A stretch of 52,609 nucleotides of DNA from an uncultured Acidobacteriota bacterium (GCA_964463145.1 CAYXBG010000003.1:1-52609), one strand, 5' to 3'. Shown: positions 1-9,400, counted from the first letter of the stretch. Made by a program: numbers and translations. The notes: generated from the sequence alone by a model not told the origin.

Positions 1-1
1 T

Positions 2-2614
2 GCAAGAAACTTCAATTTTCAATTTCTGGATGGCACCTCCGCCACCTACACATACGAGGAATTGGAGAATACTTTCAACGGCCTAAAAAATCGGCAAGGA
101 GAACTTCAAACAGAAAAAGTTTTGCTTCTTCGTCGACCTACTGAAATTCGCAGTGAGATGAACGCCTATATGAAGGACCGTCTGACCGGCCTCACGGAAA
201 ACCAGATCGACGGTCTAATTAGCAAGGCTGAAACAATGGATGTTTTCATCCGCCAAATCCACAACGAGGAAATGAATTTGGTAGACCGATGCGAATCTTG
301 TCACGTAGGTGCCCGTGAGCCTGTTGCCCTGTCTGCCGATGACATGGGGGGCAGGAGCCTATTTGCAAGTCACCCAAGACGTGACCTGCTCGCCATCCAC
401 GACCCGGAAACCTTTGGTTGCACACCCTGCCACAACGGTAACGGTATTGGAACGGTTAGCACTGTAAGGGCCCACGGTAAGTACAAGCACTGGTTGCACC
501 CTCTTTACGACAGAGAAAATTTCGAAGCAGGCTGCATTCAATGTCATCGCTTGGACAGACATCTTGAAGGTGCACATACCTTCAACGCTGCTAAGGACGC
601 CTTTCAACACCAAGGCTGTATGGGTTGTCACGCCTACGAAGGTTTTGATACCGAACCTGCGCAAATGCGGGCGGTGCGTAAGAATCTTCAAGACTTGAAT
701 GCCGAACGAATGACCAGCCAAATTTCCGTTGAGCGACTGCTAGAAAAGGGTGATAGTGCCGAGACTAACAAAGAGGCCAACCTCGCCTATGCAGAAGCCA
801 CTCGTGCAACCCAATCGATTGCAACCATTGACGCTGACCTAGCCAGGTTAACCATACGTCTCGATGAATTACTGATGGAGCGAAAACGCCCTGGCCCAAA
901 CTTGAAAGAGGTCCGTAATAAACTCGTCAAGGAGTGGATCCCCCAATGGATCAGAAATCCACAGGCTTTTCGGCCAAACACCAAGATGCCTCAATTCCGA
1001 CTCAATGGAGATGAAATCGAAGCTATTTCAGCCTTCCTATGGCAGTCTGGAGTGAACGAACCAGTGGCCTCACACCCAATGGGAGACGCCTTGAGTGGAA
1101 AAAGTCTCTTCGAATCTAAAGGCTGCTTGGCATGTCATTCGGTTGGTGAGGAGAGCGATCTCATTGGTGGAGACTTCGCAGCTAATCTAAGTCGGATAGG
1201 AGAAAAAACTAACTACAACTATCTCGTTCGCTGGATTCACAATCCGAAGGAACGGAGTCTCCCATACGACCCGGTACTGAAACATGACGTAACCCGTGAG
1301 GATTATGAAAGCCGTGGTCTTCCATTTCAGTTCGGACCAGAGCACAACCAGAGCCCTCTGGGAAATCATTCTCTACAGGTACAGAATTCCACAGTCATGC
1401 CTAATCTAAGGCTGACCTGGCAAGAATCAAGAGACATAGGAACATACTTGGTGGGCCTGAAAAAAGAAATTGATCCCTTGCCTACCACACCTTTCCTGGA
1501 AGACACCAAACTTTTTGAAAGAGGCCGTTTTCTAACCAGGCACTATGGTTGCGCCGGATGCCACGAAATAGCTGGACTAGAGGACGAGGGGAAAATCGGC
1601 ACAGACCTCACTGTTGAGGGAAGTAAGCCCCTTGAACGTCTTGACTTCGCACTACTCACCCACGATGCAAAACACGATGGTTGGTACAACCACAAGGGCT
1701 TTTTTGAGCGGAAACTTAAAGATCCCTCCGTCTATGACCAAGGGAAAATCAAGGGAGACTTGGAAAAGTTGAGAATGCCCAATTTTCACCTGGACGACAA
1801 AGAAATCGACCAGCTAACAACATTCCTCTTAGGTAGTGTTGAATCAATTGTGCCTCCACAATTTCACAACACTCCATCGGACCAGAGACAAGATGTACAA
1901 AAAGGTTGGGCTTTGGTCAAAAAATATAACTGCATGAGCTGTCATCAATTCACTCCCGGCCAATCTGAAACTGTGATGGCAGAACTACCCCTTTATGCAG
2001 GTTCTTTAGCTGAAAAACTCCCGCCCAGTCTGGTGGGACAAGGTGCACGTACTAACCCCGAGTGGCTCAAGCGTTTTCTCAAAAATCCGGCACTGAGCTC
2101 TGCTGATCCACACCGGAATGGTGTTCGTCCCTACCTTGATGTGCGCATGCCCACTTTTGCCTTATCGGATAACGAGGTCGGAACATTGGCTCGTTTTTTT
2201 CAGGCCCTTTCCAAGCAGCCTACCCCATATATTCCACCCGAATTGCCCCCTCTAACTAATAAAGAGAGAGCAATGGCAAGGGAGTTGTTCACAAGTAATG
2301 CAGCTCCTTGTTTACGATGCCATGCAACGGGAGACAAGCGTACCGACCCTGATAAGACCGCACCCAATCTAGACCTCGTGAAGGCGCGGCTAAAACCAGA
2401 CTGGACCAAACGATGGCTAGTCCATCCTGAAATTATCAGACCCGGTACGGCCATGCCCTCCGGACTTTTCAGGCGCGAGGGGGATCGCTGGGTTTTCTCT
2501 CTGGCAAACTTCCGTAGCTTCAGGGGCTACAACAAGGACGAGGCTGAACTTGTGGTACGATACATGTTCGAATACACTCCGGAAGAACAACGCAGACTAA
2601 CACGAGGACGATAA
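2..2614 (+). CDS. multihaem c-type cytochrome, 5'-truncated at the window edge (at least 8 CxxCH sites)
   Basis: The frame is open from nt 2, with no stop before the TTG at 62. Haem motifs are CESCH, CTPCH, CIQCH, CMGCH, then CLACH, CAGCH, CMSCH, CLRCH. Distal-Met segments recur (TKMPQF, RMPNF, RMPTF, TAMPSG). A coiled-coil-like linker separates the tetrahaem block from the four monohaem modules. Confidence 0.85.
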   Translation, partial: ARNFNFQFLDGTSATYTYEELENTFNGLKNRQGELQTEKVLLLRRPTEIRSEMNAYMKDRLTGLTENQIDGLISKAETMDVFIRQIHNEEMNLVDRCESCHVGAREPVALSADDMGGRSLFASHPRRDLLAIHDPETFGCTPCHNGNGIGTVSTVRAHGKYKHWLHPLYDRENFEAGCIQCHRLDRHLEGAHTFNAAKDAFQHQGCMGCHAYEGFDTEPAQMRAVRKNLQDLNAERMTSQISVERLLEKGDSAETNKEANLAYAEATRATQSIATIDADLARLTIRLDELLMERKRPGPNLKEVRNKLVKEWIPQWIRNPQAFRPNTKMPQFRLNGDEIEAISAFLWQSGVNEPVASHPMGDALSGKSLFESKGCLACHSVGEESDLIGGDFAANLSRIGEKTNYNYLVRWIHNPKERSLPYDPVLKHDVTREDYESRGLPFQFGPEHNQSPLGNHSLQVQNSTVMPNLRLTWQESRDIGTYLVGLKKEIDPLPTTPFLEDTKLFERGRFLTRHYGCAGCHEIAGLEDEGKIGTDLTVEGSKPLERLDFALLTHDAKHDGWYNHKGFFERKLKDPSVYDQGKIKGDLEKLRMPNFHLDDKEIDQLTTFLLGSVESIVPPQFHNTPSDQRQDVQKGWALVKKYNCMSCHQFTPGQSETVMAELPLYAGSLAEKLPPSLVGQGARTNPEWLKRFLKNPALSSADPHRNGVRPYLDVRMPTFALSDNEVGTLARFFQALSKQPTPYIPPELPPLTNKERAMARELFTSNAAPCLRCHATGDKRTDPDKTAPNLDLVKARLKPDWTKRWLVHPEIIRPGTAMPSGLFRREGDRWVFSLANFRSFRGYNKDEAELVVRYMFEYTPEEQRRLTRGR

Positions 2615-2689
2615 CTGGATAGTATTCGAAATTCCAAGATACCAGGGAAGTTGGGTTGTGTTCCCATTATACGGATAGGAGACTCTCAT

Positions 2690-3484
2690 ATGCGATTCTT
2701 AAGTATGTGTTTTGTTTGGTTGGTTACAAGTGTAGTTTTTATCGGATGTGGTGGAAGTGAACAGGCAGATTCTGGATCAGGGAACACGACTGAGGCCCCT
2801 GCGGAAACAGCTGTAGTAAGTGAGAAAAAACAAGTAGATCCGGCAACCACGGGATCTGTCAGCGGCAAGGTAAACTACTCCGGGAAGGCTGGCAGAAAAG
2901 CTCGTATACGGATGAATGCCGACCCTAACTGTGCTGAACAGCATCAATCGCCCGTCTATGCGGCCGACCTGAAGATCAACGAAAATGGCACCTTACAAAA
3001 TGCTTTCGTCTGGGTCAGTTCTGGCCTGGAGGAATATGCTTTCGATACTCCTTCAGAAGCTGTCGAGTTGGATCAAAAGGGCTGTGTATATGTGCCTCAT
3101 GTGCTCGGAATTCAGACTGGCCAGAATTTAAACGTGTTGAATAGTGACGGGACCACCCATAATATCAACCCGTCTCCGGCACAAAACAGAGACTGGAACA
3201 TCTCTCAGGCACCAAACTCAGATCCTATTGTTAAAAAATTCGCGCGCGCGGAAATAATGATCCCGATCAAGTGTAATGTCCATCCTTGGATGAAGTCCTA
3301 TCTTGGTGTAGTGCCTCACCCTTATTTCACAGTAACGGGAGCCGACGGCTCTTTTGAGCTCAAAGGTCTACCACCTGGCGAATACACCGTGGAGTCCTGG
3401 CATGAAAAGCTAGGAGTGCAGAAGCAGACGGTTACCGTATTGAGTGGTGGTGACCAGGCCACCGATTTTTCTTACGGGAGCTGA
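2690..3484 (+). CDS. blue-copper (amicyanin-like cupredoxin) lipoprotein with a C-terminal CarboxypepD_reg-like beta-sandwich
   Basis: ATG at 2690 is preceded by TAGGAG. Signal peptide plus lipobox (VVFIGC-GGS). Type-1 Cu ligand pattern: DGTTHNI ... CNVHPWM (C-x2-H-x2-M, as in amicyanin). C-terminal FTVTGADGSFELKGLPPGEYTVESWHEKLG resembles the carboxypeptidase-regulatory fold. Confidence 0.7.
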   Translation: MRFLSMCFVWLVTSVVFIGCGGSEQADSGSGNTTEAPAETAVVSEKKQVDPATTGSVSGKVNYSGKAGRKARIRMNADPNCAEQHQSPVYAADLKINENGTLQNAFVWVSSGLEEYAFDTPSEAVELDQKGCVYVPHVLGIQTGQNLNVLNSDGTTHNINPSPAQNRDWNISQAPNSDPIVKKFARAEIMIPIKCNVHPWMKSYLGVVPHPYFTVTGADGSFELKGLPPGEYTVESWHEKLGVQKQTVTVLSGGDQATDFSYGS

Positions 3485-3563
3485 CACCACAATCCTCCTC
3501 GAACGATCAATCACTAAAGGAAGGCCCTATCTCGGTAACCTTTTTGCTTGATATGGGGTAAGT

Positions 3564-4523
3564 GTGCTTTCTCAAAGGACTAAGCCCGTGAAACGCTCAA
3601 TACACGTCTTTAGCGTGATCGTGGCCTCCTCCACGTTTATCCTGCTTATCGCGGGCGGCCTGGTCACCAGCAATGACGCTGGATTGGCCGTACCTGACTG
3701 GCCTCTCTCCTATGGTAGCTGGATGCCTCCTATGGTAGGAGGCATCTTTTATGAGCACGGCCACCGTATCATCGCAGCAAGCGTTGGGCTGATGACCCTT
3801 TTACTGTGTGTCGCCCTATTTATGACTCGCACACCTAGGTGGATGCGTGTGCTTGGTGTTACAACACCTATTACGGTAATCCTCCAAGGGATTTTAGGAG
3901 GTGTAACAGTCCGATACCAACTCCCTCTAGCGATCTCGGTTATACATGCCTGCCTGGCCCAAATCTTTTTTTGCCTCACCACCAGTCTGGCTCTATTTTC
4001 ATCGCGGCCCTGGTCTCGCGGTTGGGACATACCTGCTTCCCTAACCTATACTCTAAGCCCCAGAGCGATTCTCCTTACTTCCTCTATTCTGATTCAGCTG
4101 ATTCTGGGGGCTTTGTTAAGACATACTGGAGTTGTGGACGGATCTAAAGCGGGCCGATTAGTCTCCTGGGTTGTGATCGCCCACATTCTGGGTGCCATTA
4201 TTGTGACTGTACTGGTTCTGCGGGTAGGCGTAATGCTTTTACGCCATTTTGAGGAAGGACTACTATATCAACTAGGCGTTGCCTTGCTATCCTTACTTGT
4301 CGTACAAGTTTCTCTGGGCGTGGGCTCCTTTTGGGTCCGACTTAAAGCAATGGAATGGGTCCAACCTTTACCCTTGGATACTTGGATAACGACCTCACAT
4401 CTCGCCGTCGGAGCACTCATGTTAGTCACAAGCTTACTGGTCATATTCTGTCTCAAGAATAGGTATAATAACAGCACTCCACTATCGGTAGGTTCCACAG
4501 TCTTGACGGTAGTATTTAAATGA
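3564..4523 (+). CDS. ctaA: haem A synthase (COX15/CtaA family)
   Basis: GTG start. Polytopic membrane protein with the hallmark LVTSNDAGLAVPDWPLSYG ... YEHGHRIIA and further conserved His (IHAC, LRHTG, IAHILG, TSHLAVG). Its stop overlaps the ctaB start (ATGA). Confidence 0.9.
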   Translation: MLSQRTKPVKRSIHVFSVIVASSTFILLIAGGLVTSNDAGLAVPDWPLSYGSWMPPMVGGIFYEHGHRIIAASVGLMTLLLCVALFMTRTPRWMRVLGVTTPITVILQGILGGVTVRYQLPLAISVIHACLAQIFFCLTTSLALFSSRPWSRGWDIPASLTYTLSPRAILLTSSILIQLILGALLRHTGVVDGSKAGRLVSWVVIAHILGAIIVTVLVLRVGVMLLRHFEEGLLYQLGVALLSLLVVQVSLGVGSFWVRLKAMEWVQPLPLDTWITTSHLAVGALMLVTSLLVIFCLKNRYNNSTPLSVGSTVLTVVFK

Positions 4524-5416
4524 ATATTTCTACGCACAGCACTCCCCACGCTTCTGGCCTATTCTCACGGATTCCAGCGTATCTAGAACTTACCAAGCCA
4601 CGAGTATCCATAATGGTTGCTTTGACAGCAGGCGCGGGTGTTTTCTTAGGATCAGCTTCTTCCTCGCAGCTCCTTCTGGTGGCATGGGTTATTCTAGCTA
4701 CAGGACTTCTTGCTGGAGGGGCAGCCTGCCTCAACCAATTTCTTGAGAACCAGCCTGATTCCTTAATGGCAAGAACGGCTAGACGCCCGATCCCGAGCGG
4801 ACGCATAGGTCGAGTCCAGGCCGTGGTTTTCGGATTATCTCTTAGTATCGTTGGTGCGTTTCTTCTGATCATCTATGCCAATACTCTGGCCACATTACTC
4901 GGACTTTTGACAAGTATCATTTATCTCCTTGCCTACACTCCACTCAAACGCCATAGCACAATCTGCACCACTGTGGGAGCAGTACCCGGCGCAGTTCCCC
5001 CTCTAATTGGATGGGCTGCAGCTACAGGTAGTCTCAATAGTCAAGCTTGGGCCCTATTTCTAATTCTTTTCCTGTGGCAATATCCTCATTTTCTGGCTAT
5101 AGCTTGGCTCTATAGAGACGACTATGCTAAAGCTGGCTTCAAAATGCTCCCAATGCTTGACGTCTCTGGGAAAAAAACCTCCAAGCAGGTTGTAATATTT
5201 TCCAGCTTATTGCTCGTTGCCAGTGTCCTTCCTGTGTACCTAGACCTGGCCGGAAAAATTTATCTGATGGGTGCTCTCGGCTTGGGAGCGTTACAGGTAA
5301 TCGTTTCTCTACAACTGCACAGAGATCCATCTACCACTAAAGCGAGACACGTTCTGAGAGCCTCTCTCGTTTATCTGCCAATATTGTTGATCTTCTTGAT
5401 GATCGACAAAATCTAG
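4520..5416 (+). CDS. ctaB: protohaem IX farnesyltransferase (haem O synthase)
   Basis: UbiA-family motifs are present (NQFLENQPDSLMARTARRPIPSG, WQYPHFLAIAWLYRDDYAKAGFKMLP). Translationally coupled to ctaA. Confidence 0.92.
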   Translation: MNISTHSTPHASGLFSRIPAYLELTKPRVSIMVALTAGAGVFLGSASSSQLLLVAWVILATGLLAGGAACLNQFLENQPDSLMARTARRPIPSGRIGRVQAVVFGLSLSIVGAFLLIIYANTLATLLGLLTSIIYLLAYTPLKRHSTICTTVGAVPGAVPPLIGWAAATGSLNSQAWALFLILFLWQYPHFLAIAWLYRDDYAKAGFKMLPMLDVSGKKTSKQVVIFSSLLLVASVLPVYLDLAGKIYLMGALGLGALQVIVSLQLHRDPSTTKARHVLRASLVYLPILLIFLMIDKI

Positions 5417-5476
5417 GGACAGGATGATCGTCACAGCTTCTTTGCAGATCGTCGATCCGGACGTTTGATCAGACCA

Positions 5477-5959
5477 CTAAGGCTTACTTCCAAAGTATCC
5501 GCCACCAAAATAGAGTAGTGGTCGGGTGGTCATCGATGAGAGCTCCCCGCCAAGCACTTTACCAACTAAAATCTGATGATCTCCCTCGGGATAACAAGTA
5601 GAAAGACTGCATTCTAAGTACCCCAAACAATCCCTAATAATAGGAGCACCCGTCATCTCCCCCCTCAATTCCAGATATTTACTCCTATCGGGGACACTTG
5701 TCGCAAAGTATTCAGAGATATTTTGCTGTTCTTGGTTGAGTATACTGATGGCGAAAAATTTCCGCTCTAGGAAGAGAGGCAAGCCTGTTAAATGATTGCC
5801 GAGACATACTAACACCAGCATTGGCTCAAGAGAGACTGAAGTAAAGGAATTAACAGTTACTCCATAAGGATTTCCATTTGTACCTAGGGTCGTTACGACA
5901 GTAACCCCGGTGGCAAAATTACCCATGATCTTTCGGAAATCAGTGGCATTAAAATTCAT
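5477..5959 (-). CDS. flavin reductase-like FMN-binding split-barrel protein
   Basis: N-terminus FRKIMGNFATGVTVVTT...G.PYGVTVNSFTSVSLEPMLVLVCL is typical of the HpaC/NADH:flavin reductase family. Confidence 0.85.
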   Translation of the reverse strand: MNFNATDFRKIMGNFATGVTVVTTLGTNGNPYGVTVNSFTSVSLEPMLVLVCLGNHLTGLPLFLERKFFAISILNQEQQNISEYFATSVPDRSKYLELRGEMTGAPIIRDCLGYLECSLSTCYPEGDHQILVGKVLGGELSSMTTRPLLYFGGGYFGSKP

Positions 5960-6181
5960 TTGGACATCCTATTATTTCAGTTGGCAAGTCTAGGACTTTA
6001 AAACACCTTTCGGAGAATTTCCAGAATCTTCCGGATTTGGACAACGATCAGAGAGCAAATCCCCTGATTGCACTCCTGCAGGAGAGGACTTTTCAGGAAG
6101 TTAAAGTTTTCATCCTCAAACGAGTCGTCGTGACCTGAGAGCATGGCTGTGCTAATGTTGTGACACCGTATACACTCCGTC

Positions 6182-7036
6182 ATGCCCGTACCTGAGCCGT
6201 CACCCACTATTTCTCTTTTCTTCCGTTCGAAATTACTGATCCTAACAGTTCTTCTAATCGGTATTTGGATCCCCTTCCAATTTTGGTACGGGGTTTGGTT
6301 TGGACGAGACTTAACAGACGAACAATTATCCGCATACCTGAGCTCGAATTCGAAGCAGCGATTGGTACAACATGCATTGTCCCAGATCGGTGAGAGAATG
6401 ATTGCGGGAGACCCAACGGTCCGAAAATGGCATGCTCATATTGCTGCCCTCGTTGATAATCCTGCGATTTCTTTACGAGCACAGGCGGCATGGGTCATGG
6501 GACAGGACAACACTTCAGAAATTTTCCACATGGCCCTGCTCCGGAACCTAAAAGATTCCAACCCACTTGTACGTCGGAATAGCTCCCTCTCTCTGGTCAA
6601 ATTCAAGGATGAGAAGGCCATCCCTGAATTACGACAGATGCTCTCTCCCTGGATCGTTTCTAGTCCTATTCAGGGCAAGGTAACCCTGCACGCAAAACTT
6701 ACGCAGTCGGTTCACGAAAATGTTGATCTAATAACCATCACAGCTCCGGATGGAGAAACTCAATCCATTAGATCGAAAATTGGTGGTCAAATCAGTGAGA
6801 TCAAGGTGAAGGATGGAGCATCGGTGGACGTAGATCAACCACTGTTGGTGCTCGCTGCAAATCCAAAACACGCATGGGAAGCACTCCGTGGACTTTTTCT
6901 GATTGGTCAGAAATCGGACTTACCCTGGGTTCAATCCTATTTGGAACATACCAATCATAATGAAGAAATAAGGATACAAGCTGAATCCACGGCCGCTGCA
7001 CTACGAGGACGCTCAGATACTCCTTCGGAAAAATAA
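6182..7036 (+). CDS. membrane-anchored HEAT-repeat protein with a C-terminal barrel-sandwich (lipoyl/HlyD-like) segment
   Basis: One N-terminal TM helix. HEAT_2-like repeats (DNPAISLRAQAAWVMGQ, LKDSNPLVRRNSSLSLVKFKDEKAIPEL). C-terminal GGQISEIKVKDGASVDVDQPLLVL resembles a hybrid-barrel motif. Confidence 0.6.
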   Translation: MPVPEPSPTISLFFRSKLLILTVLLIGIWIPFQFWYGVWFGRDLTDEQLSAYLSSNSKQRLVQHALSQIGERMIAGDPTVRKWHAHIAALVDNPAISLRAQAAWVMGQDNTSEIFHMALLRNLKDSNPLVRRNSSLSLVKFKDEKAIPELRQMLSPWIVSSPIQGKVTLHAKLTQSVHENVDLITITAPDGETQSIRSKIGGQISEIKVKDGASVDVDQPLLVLAANPKHAWEALRGLFLIGQKSDLPWVQSYLEHTNHNEEIRIQAESTAAALRGRSDTPSEK

Positions 7037-7052
7037 GTTGCCCTGGGATAAC

Positions 7053-7409
7053 TTACCAAGGGAGTAACCCTAAGTTTTTTTCCACCTGAGCTATATCGAC
7101 CATGTCGATAGCGTCCCAAGGACATCCATCTAAAAATGTATCCTCAGGGCCCTTACTCGTGCACAACTTGCATCCGATGCAGAGGAGAGGATCCACCTCA
7201 ATCCGACCTAAAGGAGGAGCTTCTGGATCAGTTACCCAGATCATACAGTGCTCGACAGGGCAATAGTCCACACAAGCGGGAGATCCAGCACAACCAGTAC
7301 AAGAATCATTTATAACCGCTACTATACGCGGTTTTCTTTTGCGCCTATGGCTCTGTTTGACTGTTTTGGGGTCTTTGAAGGTATCGACTGCCATGCTTTG
7401 TTGTATCAC
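7053..7409 (-). CDS. 2x[4Fe-4S] dicluster ferredoxin
   Basis: Cluster motifs CTGCAGSPACVDYCP and CIGCKLC...GCP. Basic N-terminal tail. The start is ambiguous between GTG at 7409 and ATG at 7394. Confidence 0.85.
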   Translation of the reverse strand: MIQQSMAVDTFKDPKTVKQSHRRKRKPRIVAVINDSCTGCAGSPACVDYCPVEHCMIWVTDPEAPPLGRIEVDPLLCIGCKLCTSKGPEDTFLDGCPWDAIDMVDIAQVEKNLGLLPW

Positions 7410-7443
7410 CTGACTTAGTTAGTTCCAGATACTACTACACCAC

Positions 7444-7971
7444 TCATACTTCTTCCTCACGATTTGCCGCGTCGCCTTTAGTCTCCCCATCAACCTTCTT
7501 CGCTTCTGCCGCAGCTTTCTTGGCAGCAATAGCTGCTGCCTTCGCCTCTTTTGCCTTACGTTGCTGCTGTTCGTAGTGTTCAGGCGTAAACCAAGAAAGG
7601 TCATGAGAAGGGAAAGCTTCCCTAAGTAGTTGTGCTACTTCCTCGCGATTCTCTTCGATGCCACTATCCGGTCTCCCACCAAACACCGTAACGGTACCAT
7701 AGTAAGGGTTGATACTCAGACTCCCTCCACCCTTCACAGAAAGAAAGGCATTGTCTTCATCCAGACCTACCTCTTCTAAGCCTCCCCATGTCCATTTAAT
7801 AATACGTTGCTCCAGGTTATCCCTGTACGGCCGGAAATTTAGAGCCCGGACCAAGGTTTTCGCCTGGTTCCCTGCGGTGAGTTTCAGAACAAGGTAGCAA
7901 AAATGAACGCCACTACTCTCAACTGCAACATTTGGAATGGAAGCTAGCTGCATCTCTAAGGGGGCCTCCAT
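7444..7971 (-). CDS. hypothetical protein with a Lys/Ala/Glu-rich C-terminal tail
   Basis: Long ORF 34 nt upstream of the ferredoxin gene and 6 nt downstream of the small membrane ORF. Tail is QQQRKAKEAKAAAIAAKKAAAEAKKVDGETKGD. No recognisable catalytic motif. Confidence 0.6.
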   Translation of the reverse strand: MEAPLEMQLASIPNVAVESSGVHFCYLVLKLTAGNQAKTLVRALNFRPYRDNLEQRIIKWTWGGLEEVGLDEDNAFLSVKGGGSLSINPYYGTVTVFGGRPDSGIEENREEVAQLLREAFPSHDLSWFTPEHYEQQQRKAKEAKAAAIAAKKAAAEAKKVDGETKGDAANREEEV

Positions 7972-7977
7972 AAAAAA

Positions 7978-8142
7978 TCAGGTAAGTACTACGCTGAGGG
8001 TCAGACCGACAGTCATTAAAGCGACACCGGCCCAATAGCCTAATCTCACAATGGTGGAGTCGCCCGATAAAACAAGGCCGAATATTAGGAGTAGGAGAGT
8101 CCCCAGAATTGAAATGGACAGCCCCAACCAGATAAGTGTCAC
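7978..8142 (-). CDS. small (54 aa) two-helix membrane protein, below the ORF-track cutoff
   Basis: Hand translation: VTLIWLGLSISILGTLLLLIFGLVLSGDSTIVRLGYWAGVALMTVGLTLSVVLT*. GTG start with GGAGGA 6 nt upstream. The stop lies 6 nt before the ATG of the 175-aa gene. Confidence 0.55.
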   Translation of the reverse strand: MTLIWLGLSISILGTLLLLIFGLVLSGDSTIVRLGYWAGVALMTVGLTLSVVLT

Positions 8143-8305
8143 CCGAATTCCTCCAGCTCGCGTTACGTAAAAGAAGAGCTCACGGTCTGCACAAAGGCCA
8201 CCGCAAGCAACCCTACACCGAGCGTAAGTTTAGCCTCGAAAGCAGGGTGAAAACAAGGTCCTAATTAGTAACCCCCTGCAATACTTCGTGAGGGTCGCAA
8301 TTGAG

Positions 8306-8566
8306 TTAGGCCAGCACTTGCTCTTCTTCGTTGTCAGGTCGCGGAACACCGGTCAAGTTATCCAGTTCCTTTTGGGAAACCTTTACTTGGCGTTTATTGG
8401 CCTTATAGTAGTGAGGGTGCTCGTTTTTACGGGCGGCATATATTTCCCCCCAGCACTTCTTGCACTCCCTAACGTGGTCCAAAAAGTCCAGCTTGTCATC
8501 CAGATCAAGCTGATTACCTAAAAAATCTACCAGTAAACTACGGTCACACATAAGCGTCGATATCAT
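8306..8566 (-). CDS. small zf-HC2 (anti-sigma-like) zinc-finger protein, no TM segment
   Basis: C...H-x3-C-x2-C pattern (MCDRS...LDHVRECKKCWGE). The ATG at 8566 is preferred, with a G-rich stretch upstream. No sigma factor gene is adjacent. Confidence 0.55.
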   Translation of the reverse strand: MISTLMCDRSLLVDFLGNQLDLDDKLDFLDHVRECKKCWGEIYAARKNEHPHYYKANKRQVKVSQKELDNLTGVPRPDNEEEQVLA

Positions 8567-8855
8567 ATTTAGAAGACCCCCCCAACTTCGGATCAGACAT
8601 CTATAAGACAATGGCAGTAGGTGGAAAGTTTCAAAAAATTTAAAAGTTTAGTTAGAAACACTCTAAATCTAACCGAATAACACAGTGCAGAGAGGTTTAT
8701 GATCTGCCGCCTCAAAGACCCTCTACCTCAGGCAAACTCAAACAGGTGTTCGGTACTAGATATATTCGAACCCTTTTCCCAAACCAAACCTCTAAACAAG
8801 GTAAAGAGGCTGAATTTTAACGGAGATTAAAAGAATCAAAGAAGAGGAGCATGAA

Positions 8856-9377
8856 ATGAAAAACTCATTGAAATCTACAATCTTTCTCGCCATTGCAGTC
8901 ATTATCTCCACTCATGCCTGTGTTATGGGTAGAGCAACACTGACCGAGATGGAAGAGACAGTACGTGATGAACTTCTGAGACTTCCCTATTACGGGGTTT
9001 TTGACAACATCAATTTCCAGATCCAAGGAACCAAAGTGATTCTCAACGGTCAGGTTACACGACCTGCTGTTAAACGTTCTGCTGAAGGGGCTATCAACCG
9101 CCTCAACTTCGTATCTGCAGTACAAAACGACCTAGAAGTTTTGCCTCTCTCGAAGAACGACAGACACATCCGAAACAAACTTCTTCGGTCTATCTACTCA
9201 AATGGATATTTTCTGCACTATGGAAGAGTTCATGCACCCGTCCGGATTATTGTGAAAAATGGCAATGTCAGATTGGTTGGGAATGTTTTTAGCGAACTTC
9301 ATAAAAACCTGGCACAGCGTAAAGCAATGAATACTCCCGGCGTATTCTCGGTAACAAATGATCTGATAATCTCATAA
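8856..9377 (+). CDS. secreted BON-domain protein (OsmY-like, two BON repeats)
   Basis: Signal peptide, GAGGAG RBS, and two BON-like repeats (VFDNINFQIQGTKVILNGQV...; VRIIVKNGNVRLVGNV...VFSVTNDLII). Confidence 0.8.
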   Translation: MKNSLKSTIFLAIAVIISTHACVMGRATLTEMEETVRDELLRLPYYGVFDNINFQIQGTKVILNGQVTRPAVKRSAEGAINRLNFVSAVQNDLEVLPLSKNDRHIRNKLLRSIYSNGYFLHYGRVHAPVRIIVKNGNVRLVGNVFSELHKNLAQRKAMNTPGVFSVTNDLIIS

Positions 9378-9400
9378 CGGTCGATCACAATGGTCCTAGA

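Noticed and set aside
5998-6207. A 69-aa minus-strand ORF containing a CIRCH (CxxCH-like) motif between the flavin reductase and HEAT genes.
   Set aside because: No signal peptide, which a c-type cytochrome needs, and no RBS. It overlaps the start of the HEAT gene and sits in a divergent promoter region. It is most likely spurious.
6927-6937. GGGTTCAATCC, a tRNA T-loop-like string.
   Set aside because: It lies inside the HEAT-repeat CDS. The flanks cannot form a T-stem or acceptor stem.
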